Source: Candidatus Tenderia sp.
Lineage (GTDB): Bacteria > Pseudomonadota > Gammaproteobacteria > Tenderiales > Tenderiaceae
NCBI GenBank assembly: GCA_031416075.1
Contig: JANOSY010000014.1
Span: forward strand, 63,157 to 127,156
Reading direction: 5' to 3'
Length of the DNA stretch: 64,000 nucleotides
Position 1 is the stretch's first letter; each line of letters begins with the position of its first letter. The notes beneath the pieces are model-generated. The model made no database searches, had not been told where the DNA came from, and saw nothing but the letters and a program-made list of their open reading frames with translations. Positions 50,283 through 61,303 of the stretch are shown one piece after another. The position numbers were made by a program, and so were the translations under genes.

Positions 50283-50699
50283 ATGAACACTTTTTGCTGG
50301 CCAGTCCGAGTCTATTACGAAGATACCGATAGTGGTGGTGTGGTTTATTATGCCAACTACTTGCGCTTTATGGAGCGGGCACGTAGTGAGTGGTTGCGTA
50401 GCTTGGGCATTGGGCAAAACCAATTAATAGAACGAGATGGGTTGATTTTTGTTGTGCGCCATGTTGAGTTGAACTACCTCAAACCAGCACGTTTTGACGA
50501 CACCCTGCAGGTGACTGTGGCTGTACAGGAACGGGGGCGTGCCAGCCTCACGTTTGATCAGCGGGTGTTGCTTGACGCTGAAGGTGAGCCAGTGGTGTTG
50601 TGTTCTGGGCAGGTAAAAATCGCTTGTATTGATGCTGCAACTATGCGGCCCCGAGCCATCCCTAATTATATTCAAGTGGAGATTGATGGTGTCATCTGA
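50283..50699 (+). CDS. ybgC: Tol-pal-associated acyl-CoA thioesterase
   Basis: RVYYEDTD.GGVVYYANYL.FMERAR. Confidence 0.95.
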   Translation: MNTFCWPVRVYYEDTDSGGVVYYANYLRFMERARSEWLRSLGIGQNQLIERDGLIFVVRHVELNYLKPARFDDTLQVTVAVQERGRASLTFDQRVLLDAEGEPVVLCSGQVKIACIDAATMRPRAIPNYIQVEIDGVI

Positions 50700-51378
50700 T
50701 TTATCGATCATGACTTTGCTAACGGAAGCCAGCCTGCTGGTGCAGTTGGTAATGCTGTTACTGTTGTTGATATCGGTTCTTTCCTGGACCGTTATCTTCA
50801 ATAAATGGAAAAGCCTGTCTCGTGCACGGCGTACAACGGCGTCGTTTGAAGACCGGTTTTGGTCGGGTGGTGACCTGAATCGGCTCTATGAGCAGGTGAG
50901 CTCCAACGGTGAAAGCAGTGGCATGGAGCGTATCTTTGTTGCGGGCTTTAAAGAGTTTGTGCGGTTGCGTAAGCAGGCGGATGCGGAGCCGATGGCTGTG
51001 ATCGAAGGCGCACAGCGCATGATGCGGGTCAAGCTTAACCGTGAGGCGGATGCGATGGAGGATAACCTGCAATTCCTGGCCACGGTCGGCTCCACCAGTC
51101 CTTATGTGGGCCTGTTTGGTACTGTCTGGGGGATTATGAATTCGTTTCATGCGTTGGGTAATGTGCAGCAAGCGACGTTGGCGATGGTGGCCCCCGGGAT
51201 TGCTGAGGCACTTATTGCAACGGCGATGGGGTTGTTTGCGGCGATTCCTGCGGTGGTTGCCTACAATCGCTTCCGCACCGATACCGAGCGCCTGGTGAGT
51301 AATTACGATAATTTTGTTGATGAATTCACCTCGATCCTGCAGCGGCAAGTGCATGGCGATAAAGGTGGGGCACACTAG
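50686..51378 (+). CDS. tolQ: TolQ
   Basis: FE.RFWSG and LATVGSTSPYVGLFGTVWGIM...PGIAEALIATA. Confidence 0.96.
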   Translation: MVSSDLSIMTLLTEASLLVQLVMLLLLLISVLSWTVIFNKWKSLSRARRTTASFEDRFWSGGDLNRLYEQVSSNGESSGMERIFVAGFKEFVRLRKQADAEPMAVIEGAQRMMRVKLNREADAMEDNLQFLATVGSTSPYVGLFGTVWGIMNSFHALGNVQQATLAMVAPGIAEALIATAMGLFAAIPAVVAYNRFRTDTERLVSNYDNFVDEFTSILQRQVHGDKGGAH

Positions 51379-51380
51379 TC

Positions 51381-51824
51381 GTGGCTCAGCAGCGGCAGCG
51401 TCAACGTCGTGCACCCATGGCAGAGATCAATGTTGTCCCTTACATTGATGTTATGTTGGTGTTATTGGTTATTTTTATGATTACAGCGCCACTGCTATCC
51501 CAAGGGGTTGATGTGGAACTGCCCAAGGCAAATGCAAAGCCGATGGAGACAAAAACAGAAGAGCCGCTGGTTGTATCGGTGGATGTGAAGGGGAGCTACT
51601 ACCTGAATGTCGGTGCCAAAGATGAGTCCATTGTAGACAACGATGAGTTGAGTCGCCGGGTTGAGAGTGTCTTGCGTCGGCAGCCAGAGACTCAGGTAAT
51701 GGTCCGTGGAGATACAGCAGTTGATTATGGCCGGGTTGTTGAGTTAATGGTGTTGTTGCAAAAGGCAGGTGCCCCGAGCGTAGGGATTATGACGGCACCG
51801 CCGGAAAATCTGCCCAAGCGCTAG
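51381..51824 (+). CDS. tolR: TolR
   Basis: EINVVPYIDVMLVLLVIFM.TAP. Confidence 0.96.
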   Translation: MAQQRQRQRRAPMAEINVVPYIDVMLVLLVIFMITAPLLSQGVDVELPKANAKPMETKTEEPLVVSVDVKGSYYLNVGAKDESIVDNDELSRRVESVLRRQPETQVMVRGDTAVDYGRVVELMVLLQKAGAPSVGIMTAPPENLPKR

Positions 51825-51842
51825 TGGGTAAACAACATCAGC

Positions 51843-52838
51843 ATGTTTAAGTTTATTCGCCAAAACCCCACGGCTTTTACTGTTGCTGTAATGCTGCATG
51901 GGTTGATGTTTGGGGTGTTATTTTTCAATTTTGACTGGAATCAGTCAATGCCGATTACTCCGCCTCATGTGGATGTGGTAAAGGCGGTGATGGTCGATGA
52001 TGCTCAGCTCAAGGTAGAACAAACGCAAAAACGAAAAACAGAGGAACAGCAGCAGCGTAAGCAGGAAGAGCGTATTCAGCGTGAGGCTGAAGCAGAACAG
52101 AAAAAGGTTCTGGAGGCGCAGAAGCAGAAGCAAGAGAATGAGCGTCGTCGCGCCGACAAGGAGACAAAGCAGCTAACACAAGAGCGTCAGCAACGTGAGA
52201 TTGATAATAAACGTGAGTCTGAAGTGCGCCAGAAACGTGAGGCTGATGCAAAAAAAGTAGCTGATGCGGCTGAAGGTAAACGTAAATCCGCCGAAGCGGA
52301 ACAACAACGGAAGGCTGAGGAGGATCGTCAGCGCCAGGCCAGTGAGGCTGACACCGCTAAAAAACGGCAGCAGGAGCAGGAGCGCAAGGCCTCTGAAGAG
52401 CGTAAACGGGATCTGGAGCGCAAGATTGTCGAAGAACGTAAGCGCCAAGAGACTGAAGAACGCCGCTTGATAGAGGAGCAGCGCCGTAATGAGGAGTTTG
52501 CAGCAGAGCAGGCGCAACGCCAATCGGTGCGGCAGGGGCAGCTCAATAGTGAAAAGAACAACATTATGTATCAGATACAGCAAAAGGTGCAGAATGCGTG
52601 GCGTAAACCGACGGGTTGGCCGAGTGGTACTCGTTGTAAAGCGCGAGTACGATTAGTGCCAGGCACCGGGATGGCGCAGGTGATTGATGTGCATGTGGTG
52701 ACAAGTTGTGGTCAGGTGCTGTTTGACCAGTCAGTGGAGAGTGCTGTGTATAGTGCTTCGCCACTGCCATTTCCAACGTCACCGGAGCTGGTCAGAGAGT
52801 TTCGAGAATTTATTTTAGACTTTAACCCTAAGGATTAA
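51843..52838 (+). CDS. tolA: TolA
   Basis: N-terminal TM with His, long E/K/R/Q/A coiled coil, TonB-C-like C-terminus; operon position. Confidence 0.9.
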   Translation: MFKFIRQNPTAFTVAVMLHGLMFGVLFFNFDWNQSMPITPPHVDVVKAVMVDDAQLKVEQTQKRKTEEQQQRKQEERIQREAEAEQKKVLEAQKQKQENERRRADKETKQLTQERQQREIDNKRESEVRQKREADAKKVADAAEGKRKSAEAEQQRKAEEDRQRQASEADTAKKRQQEQERKASEERKRDLERKIVEERKRQETEERRLIEEQRRNEEFAAEQAQRQSVRQGQLNSEKNNIMYQIQQKVQNAWRKPTGWPSGTRCKARVRLVPGTGMAQVIDVHVVTSCGQVLFDQSVESAVYSASPLPFPTSPELVREFREFILDFNPKD

Positions 52839-52842
52839 TCTG

Positions 52843-54150
52843 TTGAATGCGTTGCGTACGTGGGTATTAACTCTTTTTATACTCTTGCTATGGAGCGGTG
52901 TTGCTCGGGCTGAGTTGACGATTGAAATTACCAAAGGTCAGCAGGGCGGCTTACCTATAGCCATTGTGCCTTTTGGCTGGCAGGGTGCCGGGATGACGCC
53001 GCCGCAGGATATAGCTAAAATTGTGACTGCTGATCTTGAGCGCAGTGGGCGTTTTGATCCGGTGGCCGCACGTGATCTATTGGCGCGCCCGACAGATGGG
53101 TCCCAGGTTAATTTTCGTGACTGGCGTTTGGTGGGAGCTCCCCATCTGGTGGTGGGCAAGGTTAGTGCGGTTGGTGATAACTATACGGTGCAGTTCCAGC
53201 TTTTTGATGTCTATAAAGAGTCGCAAAAGACCGGTTATACCTTTCAGGTAAAGGAGGGTGAGCTGCGTGCCATAGCGCATCGTATCAGCGACATTATTTA
53301 TGAGGCGCTTACAGGTGAAAAAGGGGCGTTTGGTACCCGTATAGCGTATGTGACATCAACTGTATGGCAGGCCAATAATGTGCGCTATTACGCGCTTTAT
53401 GTTGCCGATATCGATGGTTATAACCCGCAGCTCATCATCCGTTCGAAGGAGCCGCTGATGTCGCCTGCGTGGTCACCAGATGGCCGCAAGCTTGCGTATG
53501 TCTCTTTTGAGAGCCGGCGGCCAGTGATAATGGTTCAGGATGTTTTTACCGCTCAACGAGAAAAAGTAGCTGCGTTTAGCGGAATAAATGGTGCGCCTGC
53601 ATGGTCCCCCGATGGTACGCGGCTGGCGATGTCGCTTTCCAAAGATGGGAATTCGGAAATTTACGTGATGCATGTTGCTGGCGGACGTTTGCAACGGCTG
53701 ACTGAGCACTTGGCTATTGATACGGAACCGGCATGGTCTCCTGATGGACGTAAGCTGGTGTTTACATCGGACCGTGGTGGTAGACCGCAGATTTACAGGA
53801 TTGCTGCCGATGGTGGCAAGCCTGAGCGGGTAACGTTTGATGGTCGTTATAACGCACGAGCCTCGTTCTCCCCCGATGGTAAGCGTATTACGTTTATCAA
53901 TGGCGATGGCAACGTATTTAAGGTTGCGGTGATGGAGCTGGCGACGGGAAATATGCAGATATTGACAAATAGTCGCCTGGATGAGTCGCCTAGTTTTTCG
54001 CCAAATGGTAGTATGATCATCTACGCAACCGAACATGCTAACAGGGGTGTTTTAGCAGCAGTATCGTTGGATGGGCGTGTACAGCAGCGTATCCAGTTGC
54101 AGGAGGCTGGTGATGCCAGAGAGCCTGTGTGGGGACCGTTTACTAAGTAG
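52843..54150 (+). CDS. tolB: TolB
   Basis: L.IEI..G, PIAIVPF, AH.ISD.IYE.LTG and repeated P.WSPDG. Confidence 0.96.
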   Translation: MNALRTWVLTLFILLLWSGVARAELTIEITKGQQGGLPIAIVPFGWQGAGMTPPQDIAKIVTADLERSGRFDPVAARDLLARPTDGSQVNFRDWRLVGAPHLVVGKVSAVGDNYTVQFQLFDVYKESQKTGYTFQVKEGELRAIAHRISDIIYEALTGEKGAFGTRIAYVTSTVWQANNVRYYALYVADIDGYNPQLIIRSKEPLMSPAWSPDGRKLAYVSFESRRPVIMVQDVFTAQREKVAAFSGINGAPAWSPDGTRLAMSLSKDGNSEIYVMHVAGGRLQRLTEHLAIDTEPAWSPDGRKLVFTSDRGGRPQIYRIAADGGKPERVTFDGRYNARASFSPDGKRITFINGDGNVFKVAVMELATGNMQILTNSRLDESPSFSPNGSMIIYATEHANRGVLAAVSLDGRVQQRIQLQEAGDAREPVWGPFTK

Positions 54151-54261
54151 AAATAATGTCGAGTGATGAGTGCAAACCGGGGATTCGGTTTGAGCAGGAA
54201 AATTGTTTTCTGGGTTTTGTTTATGGTTGCTTTAAATTAATGTGTTTTTAGGAGATATATA

Positions 54262-54798
54262 ATGAACGTTTTTGCAAAAGGTACGGTTGTGCTGCTGTCG
54301 TCAATGATGTTGTGGGGTTGCTCTAGCACACCTAAAACAACAACTGCCCCGGTGGCAGGTACTCAGACCACTGCACCGGTATCAACACCGACCACCTCCA
54401 CAATGAATGATACTGACATGAATGCCGGTGCACGTATGGCAACGGATGAGCTGTCTGATCCTAATAGTCCGCTGGCTAAGCGCATTGTATATTTTGATTT
54501 TGATAAGAGTGACATCAAACCAGAAGCTCGTCAGGTTATTGAGCATCACTCCAAGTATCTTTCTGCTAACGCCAATACACGTATTGTGTTGCAAGGCCAT
54601 GGTGATGAGCGTGGTACTCGTGAGTACAACTTGAGTCTGGGCGAGCGTCGCGCGCGCGCGGTACAGCAGGTGATGACGCTGATGGGTGTATCTTCTAGCC
54701 AGCTGGAATTGGTGAGCTATGGTGAAGAGCGTCCTGCTGCTATGGGCCATGATGAAGGCGCTTGGGCGTTGAATCGCCGCGTTGAATTGGTTTACTAA
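54262..54798 (+). CDS. pal: Peptidoglycan-associated lipoprotein
   Basis: Lipobox, [25 protein letters not shown] and NRRVE. Confidence 0.96.
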   Translation: MNVFAKGTVVLLSSMMLWGCSSTPKTTTAPVAGTQTTAPVSTPTTSTMNDTDMNAGARMATDELSDPNSPLAKRIVYFDFDKSDIKPEARQVIEHHSKYLSANANTRIVLQGHGDERGTREYNLSLGERRARAVQQVMTLMGVSSSQLELVSYGEERPAAMGHDEGAWALNRRVELVY

Positions 54799-54807
54799 GG
54801 TAAGCTA

Positions 54808-55704
54808 ATGGTCATTCTCTCCAGACAAAGCTGGATAGGGGGTGTGGCTGCTGTTGTGCTGGCCACACTCCCTTTTGTTGCCTCGGCGCAGGAGTATCTG
54901 CCCCCTGTTGTTGATCGTTCAACGGGTTCTGCAGGTCGTGTGATTGTTAAAGGCCCTGTTGGTACAGCCGTAGCTCCGGCACCTTCACTAGAGGAGCGTC
55001 TTGGCCGTATCGAGCGGCTGGTTGATAATCAGGCGCTGGTTGATATGTTAGTGCGTCTTAACTCTTTGCAATCTGATAGCCAAGTGTTGCGAGGTGAGAT
55101 GGATGCATTGGCACACGAATTAAATAATATGAAGCAGCGCCAACGTGATCTATATCTCGATATTGATCGCCGTTTGGGCAAGCTTGAAGATGCAGGTAGT
55201 CGGTCGCCAGTTGCTGCGACATCTTCTGCAGTTATGCCAGCAGAAACCATGAATACTAATGCGGCTGTCGCGCCTGGTGTTGGTGGGGTTATATCGGCGC
55301 AAGGTAGTGGCGATCCGGCACGTGAGCGAGATGCGTATCAGAAGGCATTTAATACCATGAAAGATGGTCAGTACGAGCAGGCCATCACCGAATTTAAAAG
55401 CTTTATTACTCAATATCCAGCGGGTGAGTTAAGTGACAATGCCCTTTACTGGTTGGGAGAGGCTAATTATGCTACCCGTCATTACAAAGTGGCTGTTCAG
55501 GAGTTTCGTAAGTTGCTTGAGCTACGTCCGAATAGTACTAAGGCGGCCGATGCGATGTTGAAACTTGGGTACGCCTATTATGAATTGGCTGAGTGGGACT
55601 CTGCACGTAAAGTATTGACTGACGTTGTTAGTCGATATGCAAACACAACGGCGGCCCGGTTATCTGAAAGCCGTTTGCAAAAAATGCGTCTGGAAGGGCG
55701 TTAA
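54808..55704 (+). CDS. cpoB: Tol-pal protein CpoB/YbgF
   Basis: Coiled coil QQRDLY.D.D.R-like motif and TPR domain (NA.YWLGE, DA.LKLG). Confidence 0.93.
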   Translation: MVILSRQSWIGGVAAVVLATLPFVASAQEYLPPVVDRSTGSAGRVIVKGPVGTAVAPAPSLEERLGRIERLVDNQALVDMLVRLNSLQSDSQVLRGEMDALAHELNNMKQRQRDLYLDIDRRLGKLEDAGSRSPVAATSSAVMPAETMNTNAAVAPGVGGVISAQGSGDPARERDAYQKAFNTMKDGQYEQAITEFKSFITQYPAGELSDNALYWLGEANYATRHYKVAVQEFRKLLELRPNSTKAADAMLKLGYAYYELAEWDSARKVLTDVVSRYANTTAARLSESRLQKMRLEGR

Positions 55705-55730
55705 CCCACCTCTTTTGATGCAGGCCCACC

Positions 55731-56399
55731 GTGACAGATAAAACCTCTGAAGTATCGTTGCCACGTCTGCGAATCAGTGAAATCTTCTTTTCCTTGCAAG
55801 GAGAGGCACGGACTGTGGGTATGCCCACCGTTTTTGTTCGCCTGACGGGGTGTCCATTACGCTGTAGCTATTGTGATACCACTTACGCCTTTCAAGGTGG
55901 TGAGTGGGTCTCTTTTGATGAGATCATTGATAGCATTGCACAGTATGAAACGCCTTATGTGACAGTTACTGGAGGTGAGCCGCTTGCTCAGCCTGATTGT
56001 GTTGCCCTGCTGAAGTTACTCTGTGATAAGGGGTACCAAGTCTCGCTTGAGACCAGCGGCGCACTGGATATTAGTGCGGTTGATATACGTGTCTCGCGCG
56101 TTATGGATCTTAAAACCCCTGGCTCGGGTGAGCAGCCGCGTAATCTGCTAGAGAATATTGAGCAGATTACCCCCAACGATCAGATTAAATTTGTTGTTTG
56201 TGATCGTAATGATTATCTCTGGAGTAGGGAGATGATTATTCGTTACGAGTTGGCTGGCCGGTGTGAAGTTCTGGTATCGCCAAGTTATGGTGAGATCAGT
56301 GCCCGTGAGTTGGCTGATTGGGTGCTTGAGGATCGCCTGCCTGTGCGCTTTCAGGTGCAGTTGCATAAATTATTGTGGGATGATGAACCTGGCCGTTGA
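55731..56399 (+). CDS. queE: 7-carboxy-7-deazaguanine synthase
   Basis: EIF.SLQGE, CPLRC.YCDT radical SAM motif and QLHK.LW. Confidence 0.95.
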   Translation: MTDKTSEVSLPRLRISEIFFSLQGEARTVGMPTVFVRLTGCPLRCSYCDTTYAFQGGEWVSFDEIIDSIAQYETPYVTVTGGEPLAQPDCVALLKLLCDKGYQVSLETSGALDISAVDIRVSRVMDLKTPGSGEQPRNLLENIEQITPNDQIKFVVCDRNDYLWSREMIIRYELAGRCEVLVSPSYGEISARELADWVLEDRLPVRFQVQLHKLLWDDEPGR

Positions 56400-57090
56400 T
56401 ACAGGCGCTCGTCGGAAAGCGGTATTGCTGCTTTCAGGAGGGTTGGACTCTGCTACTTGTCTTGCGATAGCGCGGGATGAGGGGTACGACTGTTATGCGC
56501 TGAGCTTCGATTATGGACAGCGGCATCACGCTGAGTTGGCGGCAGCACAACGTGTTAGTCAGGCGTTGGGTGTGCTGGAGCATAAAGTAATCCAACTTGA
56601 TTTGCGTGATATTGGTGGCTCAGCGCTTACTGATTCGACGATTGATGTACCTACCGAACAGGCTGATGGTATACCGGTAACCTATGTACCAGCGCGCAAT
56701 ACGGTATTTCTAGCGCTGGCACTGGGCTGGGCAGAGGTATTAGGGGCGCAGGATATCTTTATTGGTGTCAATGCGGTGGACTACTCCGGCTATCCCGATT
56801 GTCGCCCAGGGTTTATTGCGGCCTTTGAACAGATGGCTAATCTGGCGACCAAAGCTGGTGTGGAGGGGTACCCTTTTCAGATTCACACTCCGCTTATTCA
56901 TTTTACCAAGGCTGAAATTATTCAGCGCGGCATTGCACTGGGCGTTGACTATAGCTCTACGGTCTCTTGTTATAATGCGGATATTGCTGGATTGGCTTGT
57001 GGGTGTTGTGACTCTTGTCGTTTGCGTTTGCAGGGATTTTGTATGGCAGGTGTGAATGATCCAACCAAATATAGAAAAAAGCGAAATTAG
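56380..57090 (+). CDS. queC: 7-cyano-7-deazaguanine synthase
   Basis: SGGLDS, TYVPARN, GYPDCR and SCY...CG.CDSC. Confidence 0.96.
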   Translation: MMNLAVDTGARRKAVLLLSGGLDSATCLAIARDEGYDCYALSFDYGQRHHAELAAAQRVSQALGVLEHKVIQLDLRDIGGSALTDSTIDVPTEQADGIPVTYVPARNTVFLALALGWAEVLGAQDIFIGVNAVDYSGYPDCRPGFIAAFEQMANLATKAGVEGYPFQIHTPLIHFTKAEIIQRGIALGVDYSSTVSCYNADIAGLACGCCDSCRLRLQGFCMAGVNDPTKYRKKRN

Positions 57091-57136
57091 GGCTGGTCTG
57101 ATTGTGGTTTTTGGACTAAAATAGCGCCTCTTTTAT

Positions 57137-57212
57137 GGGTCGTTAGCTCAGTCGGTAGAGCAGCGGACTTTTAATCCGTTGGTCCCGCGTTCGAATCGCG
57201 GACGACCCACCA
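57137..57212 (+). tRNA. tRNA-Lys (UUU)
   Basis: 76 nt. GGGTCGT/ACGACCC acceptor stem, anticodon loop CTTTTAA, TTCGAAT T-loop, encoded CCA. TAAAAT plus a GC discriminator upstream. Confidence 0.97.
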
Positions 57213-57222
57213 TATAAAAGTG

Positions 57223-57260
57223 AAGCCGGAGTGATTAATCAAATCACTCCGGCTTTTTTT
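57223..57260 (+). terminator. Rho-independent terminator
   Basis: AAGCCGGAGTGATT/AATCACTCCGGCTT followed by a T run. Confidence 0.85.
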
Positions 57261-57276
57261 GTCCGCAGAGTAGCTG

Positions 57277-57753
57277 TTAATGATGCTGGTGAGAATTGGC
57301 GTCTGTTGTTGCCTCATCATTTTGCTTGACGATTAAATGGATTGATTTTGTGATGTTTTCGAAGTGCAACGTCAGCGGGATGGAGTCGCCAGTTTTGATG
57401 GCCTGCTTGGGATTGCTTAGCATTAGATGGTAACTGCCAGGTTCAAGCGTTGCGGAGCCTCCTGCGTTGATGGGGAGGGTCTTTACTGTCTCCATGTGCA
57501 TCATTCCGTTGTGTAGTGTGGTGCGATGTAGTTGTACGGTGCTGAATGAAGGGCTGCTGGCGGCGGTGAATACTATGTTGTTGCCGGAGCGGTTGTGAAT
57601 GGTCATGTAGCCTGCCAGTACAGTGGCTGTCGGTGGGGCGCTACGTATCCAGGGGTTTTCGATATTGATCTGTTCTGCCCCCCATGCAGTGGTTGCCATG
57701 ATCATTATGCTGCTGGTGATGGCGATAAGGTTGTTTTTGTAGTGCTTCAACAT
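57277..57753 (-). CDS. Copper chaperone PCu(A)C
   Basis: PW.R, AGYM.I.N and H-x7-MM.M...L.PG.YHLML; His-rich tail. Confidence 0.9.
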   Translation of the reverse strand: MLKHYKNNLIAITSSIMIMATTAWGAEQINIENPWIRSAPPTATVLAGYMTIHNRSGNNIVFTAASSPSFSTVQLHRTTLHNGMMHMETVKTLPINAGGSATLEPGSYHLMLSNPKQAIKTGDSIPLTLHFENITKSIHLIVKQNDEATTDANSHQHH

Positions 57754-57757
57754 TGAG

Positions 57758-58390
57758 TTACTCTCCGTAATAGTCACGAATTTTTGTAATGACGTTGACC
57801 ATTTTGCTAGCAGGGTGTGGGGGTAAGATATGGGCGCGTAGACGGCCTTGGGGGTCAACTACGAGAATGGCGGAGTAGTGATTAACCTCATAACTGTTGC
57901 TGTCGTTGTTGCTGAACTCATAAATCACACCTACAGCTTCGGCAAGCTGGTCTATATTCTTTTTGTCTCCAGTGAGCGCAATGAAATCTGTATTAAAGTA
58001 ATGTACGTATTCTTTGAGCTTTTCTGGGGTGTCGCGCTGTGGGTCTAAAGTGACAAAAACGTATTTTATATCTTCATTTCCAGCCATTTTTGCGACTTGA
58101 TTCATGTTTGTCAGCGTTGTTGGGCAAATGTCAGGGCAATGGGTGTAGCCAAAAAAGAGCAGGCTCCAGTGCCCTTTAAGGCTTTTTAGATGAAAGGGGG
58201 AACCCTCCTGGTCTATCAGATTGGTATCGGGTAGTGTGATGGGAGGGGATATGATTGACACTCCCATTTGTGCCTGAAACTCCAGCGGGGCAGGTTCGTT
58301 TTCTACAAACAGGGCAACGCCAGCGCCTGTGAGTAACAGGGCGAGTAATCCAAATAGAATGAGTCGGTTTTTTTTCAGAATGGGATTCAT
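57758..58390 (-). CDS. SCO1/SenC family protein
   Basis: FGYTHCPDICP, DPQRDT and Y.V.H motifs; N-terminal TM. Confidence 0.93.
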   Translation of the reverse strand: MNPILKKNRLILFGLLALLLTGAGVALFVENEPAPLEFQAQMGVSIISPPITLPDTNLIDQEGSPFHLKSLKGHWSLLFFGYTHCPDICPTTLTNMNQVAKMAGNEDIKYVFVTLDPQRDTPEKLKEYVHYFNTDFIALTGDKKNIDQLAEAVGVIYEFSNNDSNSYEVNHYSAILVVDPQGRLRAHILPPHPASKMVNVITKIRDYYGE

Positions 58391-58647
58391 ATATTTGAGC
58401 CTGGAGTAGTTATGGTTCCGGTTTGTTGTGTGGAATGGATCATGTTTATCGATGATACCCATTTTTTTCGTATAAAAGAGGTTTTTATGCTGTAAAAGTA
58501 GTGATTTTTTCTTTAATGGATGGTACAAGATCAAGGGAGAGGGAAAATCTGTTTTGTCGTTGTTGGCAACAAGGTAAACTCTTGTCATCACATACATTCA
58601 TTTTGAAAAACAACTCTTGTTTATCAACCACAGGGGCGAGTATAGCA

Positions 58648-59073
58648 ATGAAAAAAACTGTAAAGAAGGCTGTAACCAAGAAGGCAGCTGTACCTAAGAA
58701 AGCTGTTGTGAAAAAAGCAGCAGTGAAAAAGGTGGCTGTTAAGCCAGCAGCCAAGCCTAAGAGTGTTAGCAAGGCGTTTACCAAATCTGAGCTGTTGAAT
58801 ACTATTGCCGAGAGCAGTAGTGTGGCAAAAAAAGATGTTAGTGCCGTGCTAGATGCCTTGGCTAACGTCATTGAGTCGCACATTAAAAAGGGTGCTGTTG
58901 GCCAGTTCACCCTGCCTGGACTGTTAAAAATCAAAACAATCCGCAAGCCTGCTACAAAGGCTCGTAAGGGTACTAATCCGTTTACAGGTGAAGAGACGAT
59001 GTTTAAGGCTAAACCAGCCCGGACAGCAGTTAAAATTCTGCCGTTAAAGAAAGTGAAGGAGATGGTGGCTTAA
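58648..59073 (+). CDS. HU-family DNA-binding protein with Lys/Ala-rich N-terminal tail
   Basis: KKA(V/A) repeats, then TKSE, F.LPGL.K, KPA..AR.G.NPFTGE...FKAKPA and LKK.K. Confidence 0.88.
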   Translation: MKKTVKKAVTKKAAVPKKAVVKKAAVKKVAVKPAAKPKSVSKAFTKSELLNTIAESSSVAKKDVSAVLDALANVIESHIKKGAVGQFTLPGLLKIKTIRKPATKARKGTNPFTGEETMFKAKPARTAVKILPLKKVKEMVA

Positions 59074-59104
59074 ACACCACCTAACTGTTTCTGTTTGGCA
59101 GATT

Positions 59105-59141
59105 GAAAAAGAGGCCTGGTTCGTGAGAACCAGGCTTTTTT
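59105..59141. terminator. Bidirectional terminator
   Basis: A-run, GCCTGGTTC-gtga-GAACCAGGC stem, T-run, between convergent genes. Confidence 0.75.
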
Positions 59142-59167
59142 ATCTCTTAATATCGGGGAGTCAGTGG

Positions 59168-61168
59168 TTATTTTGTTGCTGCTGGCTTCAGTTCAATTGG
59201 GGGCATCCGCATTTTAAATGGAGTGGCTGTGCGGTTCAGTCGATCGTCGTAGATGGTGGCAAAGGCCAGCACCTGTTTGACATAGTTCCGGGTCTCCTTG
59301 TAAGGGATGTTCTCAATCCAGATATCGGTGGCGATCTTTTCATTGGGGAGCCAGCTTTTTACCCGGTGGCTCCCCGCATTGTATGCGGCACTGGCGAGTG
59401 CTGTATTTTGATCAAACCTATTTAATACTTTGCTCAGGTAGCTGATGCCAAAGCGAATGTTGGTATCGGTATCAAGCAGTTGATTGCTGTTATTTAGGCG
59501 CACGGAGAGCTCTTCGGCGATCATTTTGCCGGTGTCGGGCATAATCTGCATTAATCCCATGGCCCCTTTAGGTGAGAGCGCATCGCTGGCAAAGGCGCTC
59601 TCCTGACGGATGATGGCATATGCCCATGCGGGGTCTATTTTCTGAAGGGTGGCATTTTTCATGACCTGCTCACGATAGGTGACTGGAAAACGAATCTCCA
59701 CTTCATCCATGTAGTTGGCACGAATGAGAGCAGATATAGCGCGATCGTGCCAACCCCATTCGTGAGCTATTTTGGCTGCCTTGAGCAGTGTGCTGGCATC
59801 GCTGTATTGTGTTAAATGGTACCATTCGCGTCGAGCATTACTGATGTCACCCATGGCATAAAACTCCCGCGTACGTTGAATGGCGGGGAGTTTACGTGCG
59901 GCTGCCAACTCATCTTCTGAAAACTGAAGTGCCCGGTGTTCAAATGCGTAGCCCACGCCGATTCTGTCAGCGGCCATGAATCCGTAGTAGTCGCGGTTTT
60001 TGGCGGCGGCAATAAATGCCTGGCGCGCCTGTTCGGTATTGCCAGTGGCTTCGTAGGCACGGCCACGCCAATATTGCCAGCGTTCGTTCTCCTGCTCTGT
60101 GGTGGTGAGTTGATTGATCCAGGAGAGGGCGCTTTTCCAGTCGCCCGAGTTAATGGCGGTGAGAACGCGCCATTCACGCACTGCAGCGTTATCGCTGCTC
60201 TTGAGGTTGTTGAGCCACTGCATTGCGTCAGGGGCCTTTGCTCGGGCTAGTGTTAATGCAATATCGGTTTCAACACGATCAGAATCGTTTTTATCGAAGG
60301 TGTAAGTGGTTGTCAGTGTGCGCCAGGTGTCCGCTGCCATTTTTGGGTTGAGCCGGGTTAAGCGCTGCATACTGTAGGCGATAATAGTCCTGTTGATAGG
60401 GCTATTATCTTTGAGCTGTGGGTTGGTGAGAATTGTTTCCGGGCGCAGGTGTGTGTCGTGCCAGAGTGCTGCCCAGTTTTGCTGCTCTTTGCTGAGGTAT
60501 GGTTCCAGGGCACGTGCTTCGTACGTCTCCCCGCTCTGCATGAGCAGCACAAGCCGACTCCATGTCAGTGCCTGATCCACAAAACCAGCGCTACGCCATG
60601 CTGTGATGAGTGGTTCACAGTCACTAGGCAAAGGGCTGGAGGTGAGCCAGAGTCTATCCAGCTCCTTAAACGCAGCCTCTCTGTCACCAGTTTTATAGAG
60701 TGCATAGCGGTAGTTGCATTGCAGCCCGATATTGTCGCTGGGTGTATAAAAGGCGATGAAGGGTGACCACATTCCCTGGCTGGCGAGGTGGTCCAGCCAT
60801 CTGTTGTTGAGGCGGTTGGCCAGTGGCGTGTCACTGTATTTTTTTATAAAGCGGGTGATGGTTGCGCTGTCGTTTTTACTGAAGTCCTGGGTCATCTGCC
60901 AGTACTCCAGATAGGGGTAGAGCGGGTACTCCTGTAGCTGCGGTGATAATTTGTTGTATTGCTCTATGCGGCCATTTTTTAATGCATCATTTGCGGCCTG
61001 AAACAGGGTGCGTTGCTGGCTTGTGCTGGCTTCATCAGTGGCGGCGCTCGTCTGCTGTGATGGCAGAAGCAATAATGCCATCGACATTACAACTGCTTTC
61101 AAAGTGGGTGCGTGAAATGAGCAGTGGGGCTGTTGACCGGCATGGCGGCTGAAAAGTGAGTATGGCAC
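59168..61168 (-). CDS. slt: Soluble lytic murein transglycosylase (Slt70-like)
   Basis: YPLYPYL, YWRGR, R.YYGF.A, RQES, GLMQ, AYNAG and ETRNYV. Start uncertain. Confidence 0.93.
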   Translation of the reverse strand: MPYSLFSRHAGQQPHCSFHAPTLKAVVMSMALLLLPSQQTSAATDEASTSQQRTLFQAANDALKNGRIEQYNKLSPQLQEYPLYPYLEYWQMTQDFSKNDSATITRFIKKYSDTPLANRLNNRWLDHLASQGMWSPFIAFYTPSDNIGLQCNYRYALYKTGDREAAFKELDRLWLTSSPLPSDCEPLITAWRSAGFVDQALTWSRLVLLMQSGETYEARALEPYLSKEQQNWAALWHDTHLRPETILTNPQLKDNSPINRTIIAYSMQRLTRLNPKMAADTWRTLTTTYTFDKNDSDRVETDIALTLARAKAPDAMQWLNNLKSSDNAAVREWRVLTAINSGDWKSALSWINQLTTTEQENERWQYWRGRAYEATGNTEQARQAFIAAAKNRDYYGFMAADRIGVGYAFEHRALQFSEDELAAARKLPAIQRTREFYAMGDISNARREWYHLTQYSDASTLLKAAKIAHEWGWHDRAISALIRANYMDEVEIRFPVTYREQVMKNATLQKIDPAWAYAIIRQESAFASDALSPKGAMGLMQIMPDTGKMIAEELSVRLNNSNQLLDTDTNIRFGISYLSKVLNRFDQNTALASAAYNAGSHRVKSWLPNEKIATDIWIENIPYKETRNYVKQVLAFATIYDDRLNRTATPFKMRMPPIELKPAATK

Positions 61169-61303
61169 GAGGCTGTTTGGCTTCTATATTGTGGGTTTAA
61201 TATGAAGTATGTCATCCGAGTGTTATGAATGCCAGACTGTTTTTGTGAAGGAATGAGGTTGGGTTTGAGAGATAGAGTGTTGCTAAAAATAGGGGTCTTT
61301 GCC

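Noticed and set aside
52000-52560. Repetitive charged region in tolA
   Set aside because: Normal TolA helical domain II.
57137-58600. Genomic island integrated at tRNA-Lys
   Set aside because: No integrase and no duplicated tRNA 3' end seen; the downstream genes are ordinary copper chaperones.
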